Positions 26,499 through 36,331 of a DNA stretch of 64,000 bases are shown one piece after another; the first letter of the stretch is position 1; each line of letters starts with the position of its first letter. A program made the translations under genes and the position numbers. This DNA is from an uncultured Mycoplasmatota bacterium (GTDB taxonomy: Bacteria > Bacillota_I > Bacilli_A > RF39 > UBA660), in contig CAMMMH010000004.1 of assembly GCA_946497955.1 (NCBI GenBank), positions 12,314 through 76,313 of the forward strand. The letters run 5' to 3'. The notes under the pieces are model-generated. The model did no database searches, was not told the DNA's origin, and saw only the letters and a list, made by a program, of their open reading frames with translations.

Positions 26499-28706
26499 AT
26501 GTTTGATAAAATAATCTATATTAGTGATCAAGGTGCTAATATTAAACTAAAAGAAGGCGAAGAAGTAGCAATTAACTTAATGAACCTACATTTAATATTC
26601 GAAGATAAGGATAAGACAATCTTAGGAGAAGTAGATGATCTAGAAGATGGCATTGTCAAAGCAAGGTTTCTAGGTGAAATAACAAATGGACGTCTAGTTG
26701 GAGGTGTCTTAAGAAAACCATCATTAGATGCTAAGATAAGAGTAATTAAACAAGAAGAAATACCTCTAATAACAGGAGAAGATAAAACAGGATATATGCC
26801 TTTTGGAGTTAGTCCTTATTATAATGATTTTCCAGTATACTTAGATGTTAATAATTTCTTTAGTAATCACTTCGCTATCTTTGGTAACAGTGGTAGTGGT
26901 AAATCTTGTGGTATCTCAAGAATAATGCAAAACATGTTTGAAGATCAAAGACTATTTCCATATAAATCAAATATCTTACTATTTGATTCATCTGGAGAGT
27001 ATTACAATGCTTTTAAAGACTTAAGTAAAATAAATCCTAACTATAATTATCGTTTTATTACTACTAATGAAGTTGAAGGAAAAGGAGAGCCATTACGTCT
27101 ACCAATCTTTTTACTTAATGAAGATGATCTTACTCTTTTATTACAAGCGACAGAACATTCACAATTACCAATTATTGAAAGAATGTTAAAACTAGCAAGA
27201 ATCTTTGCAAGTACAGGAGTAGATGCTAATAAATATAAAAATCATTTAATCGCTAAAGCAATTATGACTATTCTATATACAAATCAAACTGCACCAAATA
27301 AAAGAAATGATGTTTTCTCAATCCTTAATAGTTGTTCTACTGATCAGTTTAATCTAGAAGCCCCTGTCCAAGGAATAGGATATGTTAGAAAATTTAGAGA
27401 GTGCTTCTTAATAGATTCACATGGACAGTTTTCTGAAAGCGTTTTATTAACAGAATATGTATCTAGTTTTATAAATGATGAATATGATAATTTTGAACCA
27501 CGTAAAGATTGCTATTATACTCTAGATGACTTAGAGAAAGCTTTAAACTTTACCCTAATTAGTGAAGGATGGCTTAGAAATGAAAATACTTATGGAGATT
27601 CAGTTACCTTAAAAGTAAGACTACATTCTCTAATTACTTCAAGTAATTCTAATTTCTTTAAATGGGATAAAGGTACATACATTTCACTTGAAAGTTACTT
27701 ATCAGATTTAATGATTACAAATGGTAAAAAGTATCAATTAGTAAATATTAATTTAGATGATGTAGATGATGATTTTGCTAAAGTTATAACAAAAATATAC
27801 TCAAGACTTTTATTTGAATTTACTAAAGGTTTAAAACAAAGAGCAAGTATTCCTTTCCATATTCTAGTAGAAGAAGCTCATAGATATATTCAAAATGATA
27901 AAGATAGATTTTTAATAGGATATAATATCTTTGAACGTATCGCTAAAGAGGGACGTAAATATGGACTTATCTTAGGATTAATTACACAAAGACCAGTAGA
28001 GATGTCTGATACCGTTATCTCACAATGTTCAAACTTCTTAATCTTTAAGATGAACCATCCAACAGATGTAGAATATATTAAGAAAATGGTACCAAATATC
28101 TCTGATGAAATAGTAGAAAAACAAAAGAGTCTACAATCAGGAACATGTTTAGCCTTTGGTAGTGCCTTTAAAATACCTTTAATAGTTAAATTAAAGATGC
28201 CTAATCCAATGCCAATGAGTGGTAACTGTGATGTAGTAAGAATTTGGGATGGACATAGTGCTGGACAAACTCAGAGTACAGAAGTAAATAATGTTCAACA
28301 ACAAGCTACTACTAATGCTATTAATCAAATAAATAATATTACAAACAATGTATCAAGTGAAAGAGTAGAGAATAATACAGCAAATGAACAGAGTAATGTT
28401 AGTGATGTCCCTCTACAACAACCTACTAATGTTGGTATACCAGAACTTAATCCAAGTAATTTAGGAATATCAAGAGAAGAGACAACACCAGTAAATAATG
28501 GACCAATAAATAATATTCCAACAGATATACCAGGGATACCTAAGGAAGGGGAACATAGGACAACCTTTAATATAGGAGTAGATGAGCCTACTAATATTAG
28601 TAATCCTAGTTTAGATATTTTAAATAATAGAACACCAGAACAAACAACATCTCCATCTACTAGTCCTATTCCAGAGCTTAATATAAATAATAATGAAACT
28701 TTATAG
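26499..28706 (+). CDS. HerA-like (DUF87) ATPase with long Asn/Pro/Thr-rich C-terminal tail
   Basis: N-terminal barrel-like region, Walker A 'GNSGSGKSCG', Walker B 'HILVEEAHRYI' and 'EGRKYGLILGLITQRPVEMSDTVISQCSNFLIFKMNHPTD', typical of HerA. The last ~170 aa are low-complexity, with IPELN occurring twice. Confidence 0.75.
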   Translation: MFDKIIYISDQGANIKLKEGEEVAINLMNLHLIFEDKDKTILGEVDDLEDGIVKARFLGEITNGRLVGGVLRKPSLDAKIRVIKQEEIPLITGEDKTGYMPFGVSPYYNDFPVYLDVNNFFSNHFAIFGNSGSGKSCGISRIMQNMFEDQRLFPYKSNILLFDSSGEYYNAFKDLSKINPNYNYRFITTNEVEGKGEPLRLPIFLLNEDDLTLLLQATEHSQLPIIERMLKLARIFASTGVDANKYKNHLIAKAIMTILYTNQTAPNKRNDVFSILNSCSTDQFNLEAPVQGIGYVRKFRECFLIDSHGQFSESVLLTEYVSSFINDEYDNFEPRKDCYYTLDDLEKALNFTLISEGWLRNENTYGDSVTLKVRLHSLITSSNSNFFKWDKGTYISLESYLSDLMITNGKKYQLVNINLDDVDDDFAKVITKIYSRLLFEFTKGLKQRASIPFHILVEEAHRYIQNDKDRFLIGYNIFERIAKEGRKYGLILGLITQRPVEMSDTVISQCSNFLIFKMNHPTDVEYIKKMVPNISDEIVEKQKSLQSGTCLAFGSAFKIPLIVKLKMPNPMPMSGNCDVVRIWDGHSAGQTQSTEVNNVQQQATTNAINQINNITNNVSSERVENNTANEQSNVSDVPLQQPTNVGIPELNPSNLGISREETTPVNNGPINNIPTDIPGIPKEGEHRTTFNIGVDEPTNISNPSLDILNNRTPEQTTSPSTSPIPELNINNNETL

Positions 28707-28795
28707 AAAGAAGGTAATAAATATGACAAATTTAGTTTATCAAGGTAAAATAAATCGTCATTTTTCTAAAGCTTTGTGTTTACGATGTGTTACCT

Positions 28796-28804
28796 GGGGG
28801 GGGG
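28796..28804. repeat. G9 homopolymer tract
   Basis: ...GTTACCTGGGGGGGGGCAGTTT... has nine consecutive G in an otherwise very AT-rich intergenic region. It lies inside a 29-codon ORF (28723-28812). Confidence 0.95.
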
Positions 28805-28856
28805 CAGTTTAATAAGTATCTAAGTAATAAAATTACTTTCTTTCGTTATGACTTAA

Positions 28857-28886
28857 AAGAATAGAGGATAATTCTATTCTTTTTTG
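28857..28886 (+). terminator. rho-independent terminator / attenuator upstream of the 28915 gene
   Basis: Stem AAGAATAG / CTATTCTT, 9-nt loop, then TTTTTGTGTG. Confidence 0.6.
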
Positions 28887-28914
28887 TGTGTAATAATGAA
28901 AGGAGTAATAAAGA

Positions 28915-30750
28915 ATGAAAAAGATATTATTAGAAACAAGTTTTAGTAAGATATATATGATAGTAATGATTATAATAACTCTATTAATATTAGGAGGGTA
29001 CTTTTCTTATGCGATGTTTACAGTATCAAAAGAAAAGAGTAATGCTATTAGTATAGTAACAGGTAATTTAACTTATGAGTTATTAGTAGATGGAGAAGAA
29101 GAAAATACCTTAACAGTACCATCTAATACAGTAAAAGACTTTACCATTACCTTAAGTAACCCTAATAATAGAACAACAAGATTTAATTTTTATTATGTAG
29201 GTTCTTTAGCATCTAATACTAAAGTAGGTTACATAGTAGAAGCTGGAACAAACACATTTCCAGATGAGAAAGGAATAAATCTAGAAAAAGAAGGTACAGT
29301 AGGTTCAAGTAATACCTATATAATAAGAGTAATAAATAATTCAGGAAAAAGTGTAACAGTTAATTTAGGAGTAAGTGTAGGCCTAGACTATAATGATTTA
29401 AGTCTACCAGAAAATGGACATCTATTTGAAGAGATAAAATATAAAGGAGAAGTAGGAACAGTTGTATTAAGTAATATAAGTAAAGATAATATATTTGATG
29501 ATGGAGTAGATACTTTTACAACTGGACAGTATCCCAACAATTATGTCTGGTATAGTGGTAAGTTATGGAGAGCGGTATCTGTTAATAATGAAGAGAAGAC
29601 TGTTAAACTAGTAACACAATGGGATATAAGTGCAATTTCATATGATAATGATAGTAGTGCCTTTGAAGGAAGTTATATGGAAGAATGGTTAAATGATACA
29701 AGTGTAGATGGCTTTTTAGGTAATTTAAGAGAACCAGATAAGTTTATAGTAACAGATGCAGTATGGGATGCGACAATGGATGATAGAACTTTGGGAGAAA
29801 TAACAAGACCTAATGGAGAGACGACAGTAACAGATGCTGTAGGACTACTTAATCTGTATGAATATCAAACAAGCTATCATGGAACAAACTCTAGTAATGG
29901 ATATTTAAATAATGGAAGTTCTTGGAAAAGTTTGACTCCTTATAATTCTAGTATGACCTTTGAGATTGATATTAATGGTGCTGTATCAAATAATGGTGTA
30001 ACATATTCTATAGGTATACGTCCTTCAATAAATTTAAAATCAGAAATAAAGATAGTAGATGGAGATGGCAGTAGTGATAATCCATATAGATTAGAAGGTG
30101 ATAATGATGTTAATTTAGGAGGTGTAAAACTAAATACAAGATATAGTGGTGAATATATAAGTTTTGGAACAGGAGAAAATAGTCTATATAGAATAGTAAG
30201 TCATGAAACAGAAGGGTTAACAAAGATTACTAGTGCAGAACCATTAAAGGAAAATGGAACCTTTAAAACTATGACTTTTGGAGATAGTGTCTATTATTCA
30301 AGTACAAATACAATAGGAAGTTTTCTAAATGGAGAATATCTAAATAGTGGTACTTATTTAACAAGTGAACAAGTTAATATGATAGAAGATAATACTGTTT
30401 GGTACTTAGGAACAGTAGGACAAGGTAATAATTATATATTAGCAAAGTATAAAGATGTTAATATGAGTAATTTAACTACTAATATTACTACTGTAAAAGT
30501 TGGATTATTAAGATTAGGAGAATTAATGAGTTCACAATTTAGCAAAAATGCAAATAACATAGTATATTGGAATATTACACCAACGGGTAGTGGTTTGTAT
30601 ATATGGAGTATTAGACAAAATAGTGGAGCCTTTGTTTTTCTTGCCTCAAATGCATATGGCATCAAACCAGCTTTTAATCTAAAATCAAATGTGATAATAA
30701 CAGGAGGAGATGGCACCCTACAAAACCCATTCACTCTAGCCCTTGAATAA
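28915..30750 (+). CDS. secreted/anchored protein with TasA-type (SipW-like) signal and two repeated beta-rich modules
   Basis: N-terminal TM region followed by 'GGYFSYAMFTVSKE', which resembles the AYFTD-type signal. Two modules end in 'GIRPSINLKSEIKIVDGDGSSDNPYRL' and 'GIKPAFNLKSNVIITGGDGTLQNPFTL'. Confidence 0.55.
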   Translation: MKKILLETSFSKIYMIVMIIITLLILGGYFSYAMFTVSKEKSNAISIVTGNLTYELLVDGEEENTLTVPSNTVKDFTITLSNPNNRTTRFNFYYVGSLASNTKVGYIVEAGTNTFPDEKGINLEKEGTVGSSNTYIIRVINNSGKSVTVNLGVSVGLDYNDLSLPENGHLFEEIKYKGEVGTVVLSNISKDNIFDDGVDTFTTGQYPNNYVWYSGKLWRAVSVNNEEKTVKLVTQWDISAISYDNDSSAFEGSYMEEWLNDTSVDGFLGNLREPDKFIVTDAVWDATMDDRTLGEITRPNGETTVTDAVGLLNLYEYQTSYHGTNSSNGYLNNGSSWKSLTPYNSSMTFEIDINGAVSNNGVTYSIGIRPSINLKSEIKIVDGDGSSDNPYRLEGDNDVNLGGVKLNTRYSGEYISFGTGENSLYRIVSHETEGLTKITSAEPLKENGTFKTMTFGDSVYYSSTNTIGSFLNGEYLNSGTYLTSEQVNMIEDNTVWYLGTVGQGNNYILAKYKDVNMSNLTTNITTVKVGLLRLGELMSSQFSKNANNIVYWNITPTGSGLYIWSIRQNSGAFVFLASNAYGIKPAFNLKSNVIITGGDGTLQNPFTLALE

Positions 30751-30780
30751 AAAAATTATCTATTCTTATGCTAGAAAAAT

Positions 30781-30813
30781 AAAGTACTTTTATTGTAAAA
30801 GTACTTTTTCTTG
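30781..30813 (+). terminator. rho-independent terminator
   Basis: 12-bp stem AAAGTACTTTTA / TAAAAGTACTTT, loop TTG, then a T-rich tail. Confidence 0.75.
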
Positions 30814-30849
30814 TGGTATAATTTAAACTAGAAAGAAGGGTTGATAGTT

Positions 30850-32088
30850 ATGAACTTTAAATCACTACTAAAAAATGAACATTTACTATCAATCCTTCAT
30901 AAGGTCTTAATGAATGAAACTACTAAAAACAAAGTATCTAATGCTTCTATTAATGGAGAAAGTTATAGTTATAATAGATATTCTCTATTAATAACAATGG
31001 ATATAGTAATAAAATATCAAATTATAATTAATGATGAAACTTATAATAATTATTTCTTAAATAAATTAGATACTATTACTAATAATTATATTAATCATGA
31101 AGACTTAATCATTAAAGGTAACTCTTTACTAATCGATTTAGTCTCTAATAAATTAAATGTAAATACTACTAAAACTGAAGATAAAAAAGAGATACTTAAA
31201 TATATCTATGATAAATACATAGTTAATGGTTACTGCTTCCATAGTTTTCCTTCTATCTTTAAAGAAAAAACAGAAGAAGTAGGATTAACCCAGGATATAG
31301 ATATTAAAGAGTTAAATGATTTAAAGAAAATAGACTATATTTTTTCTAATCATAACTATAAAAATATTATATCAAGAGACTTAAAAGAGAAAAGTAGAGC
31401 GATATATATAACAGATTCCCCTGCTATGGCTTATTACTATGCTTTTAGAAGCCCTGAATATATGGCTGAGATTACTTCTCTTAGTAAATATTATAATTAC
31501 CTTAAAGACTATAATAAAGACGCTTTTTATCTTAAAGACTATCATAAATGTAAAAGTAATCTAGCATCCCTTTGTCAACATGTTAATATGACTACTAAAG
31601 AAGAAACAACTATTCTTAAGACCTTTGATAAAAGGTGGAAAGCTCTTAATTTATCTGAATCACTTCCTTGTATTGCCTTTATTAAAAGAAGTGATTTAGC
31701 AAAGGATTATTTATCTAATATCGATGATATTATTAATAGTGTCGATACTATAGATTTAAATATCTTAGTATCTAAAATTACTGATAGTAAGTATCCTATT
31801 ATAAAAAGATATAGTAATATTAATTCTTTAGATTTAACTGTTATTACTATGCCTAGTTATAGAGAAATAAGGAATAATAAATTTATAATTAAAGATAAAC
31901 CTAAAACAGTAGCAGCACCTATTACTAGAGAAGCCTATCAAGAAGAAAAAGTCAAAAAAGAAGGATTCAACTTTAATTATAAAAATGCTTTTAGTTATGG
32001 AAATGCCAATGTAGTTGCCTTAACAGGACTTCTCTTAATAACATTAGGTATGACTTTAACTATAATTATAAATGTATTAGGAGGTTAA
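30850..32088 (+). CDS. hypothetical tail-anchored membrane protein (412 aa)
   Basis: A single C-terminal TM helix 'VVALTGLLLITLGMTLTIIINVL'. No recognised domain. ATG 30850 preferred over TTG 30841. Confidence 0.5.
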   Translation: MNFKSLLKNEHLLSILHKVLMNETTKNKVSNASINGESYSYNRYSLLITMDIVIKYQIIINDETYNNYFLNKLDTITNNYINHEDLIIKGNSLLIDLVSNKLNVNTTKTEDKKEILKYIYDKYIVNGYCFHSFPSIFKEKTEEVGLTQDIDIKELNDLKKIDYIFSNHNYKNIISRDLKEKSRAIYITDSPAMAYYYAFRSPEYMAEITSLSKYYNYLKDYNKDAFYLKDYHKCKSNLASLCQHVNMTTKEETTILKTFDKRWKALNLSESLPCIAFIKRSDLAKDYLSNIDDIINSVDTIDLNILVSKITDSKYPIIKRYSNINSLDLTVITMPSYREIRNNKFIIKDKPKTVAAPITREAYQEEKVKKEGFNFNYKNAFSYGNANVVALTGLLLITLGMTLTIIINVLGG

Positions 32089-32090
32089 AC

Positions 32091-33029
32091 ATGAAAGATA
32101 TTAAAATAGTATTTATGGGAACACCTGACTTTGCTGTCCCAATCTTTAAAGCCCTTGCCGATAACTACAATGTCGTTGCAGTTGTTACCCAACCAGATAA
32201 AAAGGTTGGTAGAAAACAAATTTTAACACCAACTCCAATTAAGGAAGCTAGTGCCCTATATAATATACCGGTATTACAACCAGTTAAGATAAGAAATGAA
32301 TATGAGGAAGTATTAAAGTATGAACCTGATATGATAGTAACTTGTGCTTATGGACAAATATTACCTAAAGAATTACTTGATTATCCTAAATATAAATGTA
32401 TTAATGTTCATGCTTCACTACTACCTAAATTAAGAGGAGGGGCCCCTATTCATCATGCTATTATGGATGGTTATGATAAGACGGGTATAACTATTATGTA
32501 CATGGACGTTAAAATGGATGCAGGAGATATTATTAGTCAGACTGAAACTGCTATCACTAAAGATGATACCCTAGGTTCACTTCATGATAGATTAAGTGAA
32601 ATGGGTAAAGATTTATTATTAGAAACTCTACCTAATATAATTAGTGGTAATATTAATCCCATTAAACAAGATGAAACTGAAGTTACTTATGGCTATAACA
32701 TTACTAAAGAAGATGAGAAGATTGACTTTACCAAAACAAACATCCAAGTAGATAACAAAGTTAGAGCCTTAAATCCAACTCCAGGTGCTTATACAACTTT
32801 AAATGGTAAAAGAATGAAAGTATATGATGTAAGACTTAGTGACAGATATTATGCTAATACACTTCCTGGAACAATAGTTGGCTTTGAAAAAGATGGTATT
32901 AGAGTCGTTACAGGTGATAAAGAAATAATACTAACAGATATCGCTATAGAAGGTAAGAAAAGATGTTTAGTAAAAGATTACTTAAATGGTATAGATAAAA
33001 AAGAATTGTTAGGAGTAGTATTAAAGTGA
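32091..33029 (+). CDS. fmt: methionyl-tRNA formyltransferase
   Basis: 'IVFMGTPDFAVP', 'NVHASLLPKLRGGAPI' and the C-terminal Fmt domain. Confidence 0.9.
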   Translation: MKDIKIVFMGTPDFAVPIFKALADNYNVVAVVTQPDKKVGRKQILTPTPIKEASALYNIPVLQPVKIRNEYEEVLKYEPDMIVTCAYGQILPKELLDYPKYKCINVHASLLPKLRGGAPIHHAIMDGYDKTGITIMYMDVKMDAGDIISQTETAITKDDTLGSLHDRLSEMGKDLLLETLPNIISGNINPIKQDETEVTYGYNITKEDEKIDFTKTNIQVDNKVRALNPTPGAYTTLNGKRMKVYDVRLSDRYYANTLPGTIVGFEKDGIRVVTGDKEIILTDIAIEGKKRCLVKDYLNGIDKKELLGVVLK

Positions 33030-33769
33030 AAGAAAAAAAGAAAAAGGAAGAAAATAAATATATCAAGTTTATTAAAGATTTATATCAAAGTAAAAGAGGA
33101 AGAGCCGTACTTTTCTTTATCTTTTATTTTATCTTTTTCTTCGTTTTGATATCTCTAATAAGAACAAATTATAATAGTAATAGAACTGTTGATACATCTA
33201 ATGATAATAAAGTTAATACTGAATATAAATTAGATGGTATCGAAAGTGGTAATTATCATTTTACAAGGGAAGAAAATATTAATGGAGTAGTAACTAACTT
33301 TACAGGAGATAAAAATGATGACAAAATAGAAGGAGTAATGACTAGTAATAATACCTTCTATAATTACTTTATCTATGGTAATATTAATCTAATAAAGACT
33401 ACTGATAAATACGAAGTAACTAGTGAATTATATCACTTTAATAATATTACTGATGATAACAATATATCTAAATTCTTAGAAAAAGCTTATCTAGTGTCTA
33501 AAACAGAGTATGAAAGTGGTAATACTTCTTATAACTATGAGATAACTACAAATACTATAGACTCTATTATTAATAATACTAACCTTGACATTGCCGATAT
33601 TCCTAATAAAATAACCTTAGAGACTAATGAAGAAGATGAAGTAGTTAAAATTACTTATGATTTAACTAGTTATTCTACATATATTAACAATATGCCTCCT
33701 ACAACAACAATCACAGTTAGTTATTCTAATTTTGGGGAAATAGAAGATATAGAAATACCAGAAAGTTAA
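33026..33769 (+). CDS. hypothetical N-terminally anchored protein
   Basis: Lys-rich N-terminus, then the TM helix 'AVLFFIFYFIFFFVLISLI'. Asn/Thr-rich ectodomain. Overlaps the fmt stop. Confidence 0.5.
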   Translation: MKEKKKKEENKYIKFIKDLYQSKRGRAVLFFIFYFIFFFVLISLIRTNYNSNRTVDTSNDNKVNTEYKLDGIESGNYHFTREENINGVVTNFTGDKNDDKIEGVMTSNNTFYNYFIYGNINLIKTTDKYEVTSELYHFNNITDDNNISKFLEKAYLVSKTEYESGNTSYNYEITTNTIDSIINNTNLDIADIPNKITLETNEEDEVVKITYDLTSYSTYINNMPPTTTITVSYSNFGEIEDIEIPES

Positions 33770-33835
33770 GATAGCTTATACTAAAATAATATTTATAAGA
33801 ATAAGAAAAATTTGATTTTAATAAAGGAGAAACTT

Positions 33836-34582
33836 ATGAAAAAGAAAAGAAGTATTAAAAAGATTATCATTGGTATTGTAATAGCAGTTGTCATATTTTT
33901 AGGATTGATATTCTTTATGGCATATAAAGAATTACAAGAAGAAGATATTTTAAAACAAGAAATAATTAATTACAGTAATAAAGACTTAGCGACAGATGAT
34001 TATTCTATTAAGGTTAAAACAACAGGAGATAGAGCCTATGTAGAAGAAGCAGTTAAAAAGTATTATAAGAGTCTATCAGATAGTGTTAAAGCGATAAATA
34101 GTTATTTAAATGATGAAGAATTAACTAATATATTAACTATTAATAGTCTAAGAAATGATAGTCCTAATTACACAAAGAGTCATGCTCTTATAAGCAATAC
34201 TAAAAGTAAAGTAACAAAAGAGTTAAAAAATATTAGTAGTCTCTGTGAAGAAGATACTATTAAAAACTTAATAGATAAAGATAAACTTAGTGATAGTGAA
34301 TATTATTATGATTTTTATCTAGACCTCATGTATACTAAAAAAGATTTAGAAACACTTAAGAGTACTAAAGAACAAATGGAGACTCTATCTAATAATTTAA
34401 ATGAATTCTTAGATAAAGTAGATGAAATACTAACATTATTAGAAACTAATGCTAATTATATAGAGTATACTGATACAGATATTTATATTAGTGATGATAA
34501 TATCTTAAATGAATATAATAACTTACTTAATGAGTTAACAAACCTCGCTAATAATATGGCAAATACAGAAAGTGATATTTAA
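33836..34582 (+). CDS. hypothetical N-terminally anchored coiled-coil protein
   Basis: AAAGGAG SD, then ATG 33836. TM helix 'IIIGIVIAVVIFLGLIFFMA'. Confidence 0.5.
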   Translation: MKKKRSIKKIIIGIVIAVVIFLGLIFFMAYKELQEEDILKQEIINYSNKDLATDDYSIKVKTTGDRAYVEEAVKKYYKSLSDSVKAINSYLNDEELTNILTINSLRNDSPNYTKSHALISNTKSKVTKELKNISSLCEEDTIKNLIDKDKLSDSEYYYDFYLDLMYTKKDLETLKSTKEQMETLSNNLNEFLDKVDEILTLLETNANYIEYTDTDIYISDDNILNEYNNLLNELTNLANNMANTESDI

Positions 34583-34739
34583 TCATTTTCTGTATATTTA
34601 AGTAGAAGTTGTATTTTACTTAATACTTTGCCTGCTTTCTGTTATAATATGCTTATTTACATAGCAAAATTTGGAGTTAAAAAGAAAAAACATAAATAAA
34701 AATTAATATGATAGACTATATGTAAGGAGAGTATAAGGT

Positions 34740-36227
34740 ATGGAAGGAAAAAATAAGGAATTATTAGAGCAGTTAATGGAAAAAACAAAATCAACAGCTC
34801 TTACACTTTTTGATGATGATGTCGACCTAAGTTGTCTGATTGGAAGAATTTATTTATTGCTAGAAGACGTAGTTGAGGATAAACATTCTATAAAAATGGA
34901 CCTATTTGAAGAGTGTTATAAATATTATACTGATTATTATAAAGAAAAGAAAGAAGCTTTAGAGAAAGAAAGTACAAAAGAAGAAAAAGAAAACAAAAGT
35001 GAAGCAGTAGCTAGTAGTGTAGATGGAAATAAAGGAAAAAATGAAGTTGAAGTTAATGTTAATAATCAAGTAGATTATATTCCTGTGGATTGGCAAGGCT
35101 CTATTTATGGTGATAATGGGTTCTTTTCTGAATTTAGTAGTATGGGATATAATAAGCACTTGTACCATGTTGCTAATATAGGTAATGCTAAAAATAATGT
35201 TAAGATTTATTATGATGCGAATAATAAAGAAACACCTTACATATTAGAAGTACCTTTAAAACAAATTCAAAATAGAATTTGTACTCATAAGGATATGGAA
35301 CGTGGAGGACATAAATATAATTACTTACGTTTTAGGCTACCTAAATCTATAGTAAACAGTAATTTATCACTTAGTATAGATAGTAAACTACATTTATTAG
35401 ATGGTAGTGATTTATATGATGCTCTTCATGATGCAAATAAAAGTCATCACGGCATAGATAATGAAATGAAACAAATTATGTTACCTTATTCTAATAGAGA
35501 AATAAAGAAACCATCAGAATATGATTTAACTTTTTCTAAAATATTAAAAGAATATTTTTATGATGATGCTGACGTTGTTGACAACTGGTATGCCCGTTTA
35601 TTTAATTCACTTGAGGAAATAGGTTTTAGTGATGTTGAATCAAATTTAATGATTAATGTAATAAAAAGTAATGATATCCCAACTTTAGATGTCAAAGATG
35701 CAATATATTTAAGTAATATTTTAGAAGAAAGTAATATTAATTTTATGATAGGAATTAATGTTGAGCCTCAGTCTAAAAACACAATTAATTTGAAACAAAT
35801 AGCTCGAGCAAATTATGATGTTTCAAAAGGATTTGACGAAAAACAAAACTATGGCAATCTTACCAGAGGTTATGGAAACTGTTCTTATCCTGTTTTTAAT
35901 ATTAATACTGGACCTAGTATAGACAATGCTTTAGTTTTGACATTAGAAAATGGTTTAAGTTCTAAAGAAAATATAGAAGCATTCTATTATCATATTCAAA
36001 ACTATGATGTAAAAAAACTTATGGAAGAAGTTATTAAAGGAAGATATTATGGTAATAAAAATAAGATAGAGACTATTGAATATTGGTATAACAGATATTT
36101 AGAAGTTGAAAATAAGGTTGCTAAACATCTAGAAGAGTTATATCAAGCTAAATATGGTATGAGTTTTGTAGGAGAAGAGAATATTAAATCTACTACTTCA
36201 AAAGAAAGTGGTTTTACTCATCGTTAA
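34740..36227 (+). CDS. hypothetical cytoplasmic protein (495 aa), orphan
   Basis: Stand-alone unit with its own extended -10 (TGTTATAAT, ~34640), an AAGGAG SD and a strong terminator. No motif recognised. Confidence 0.55.
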   Translation: MEGKNKELLEQLMEKTKSTALTLFDDDVDLSCLIGRIYLLLEDVVEDKHSIKMDLFEECYKYYTDYYKEKKEALEKESTKEEKENKSEAVASSVDGNKGKNEVEVNVNNQVDYIPVDWQGSIYGDNGFFSEFSSMGYNKHLYHVANIGNAKNNVKIYYDANNKETPYILEVPLKQIQNRICTHKDMERGGHKYNYLRFRLPKSIVNSNLSLSIDSKLHLLDGSDLYDALHDANKSHHGIDNEMKQIMLPYSNREIKKPSEYDLTFSKILKEYFYDDADVVDNWYARLFNSLEEIGFSDVESNLMINVIKSNDIPTLDVKDAIYLSNILEESNINFMIGINVEPQSKNTINLKQIARANYDVSKGFDEKQNYGNLTRGYGNCSYPVFNINTGPSIDNALVLTLENGLSSKENIEAFYYHIQNYDVKKLMEEVIKGRYYGNKNKIETIEYWYNRYLEVENKVAKHLEELYQAKYGMSFVGEENIKSTTSKESGFTHR

Positions 36228-36243
36228 TAATAATTATGCCATT

Positions 36244-36281
36244 AAATATCAAATGATATATGCATTTGATATTTTCTTTTT
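36244..36281 (+). terminator. rho-independent terminator
   Basis: 12-bp stem AAATATCAAATG / CATTTGATATTT, followed by TCTTTTT. Confidence 0.75.
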
Positions 36282-36331
36282 ACTTTTTCATGCTTATCAG
36301 TTATAATATTTAAAGAAAAGAGAGTGATAAA

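Noticed and set aside
28723-28914. G9 tract as a translational phase-variation switch that fuses the leader ORF to the downstream 611-aa gene or to the HerA gene.
   Set aside because: In all three frames, stops occur within about 70 nt of the tract (G8 stops at 28860-62, G10 at 28820-22). No length change creates a long fusion. Only the attenuation-type model is kept as a finding.
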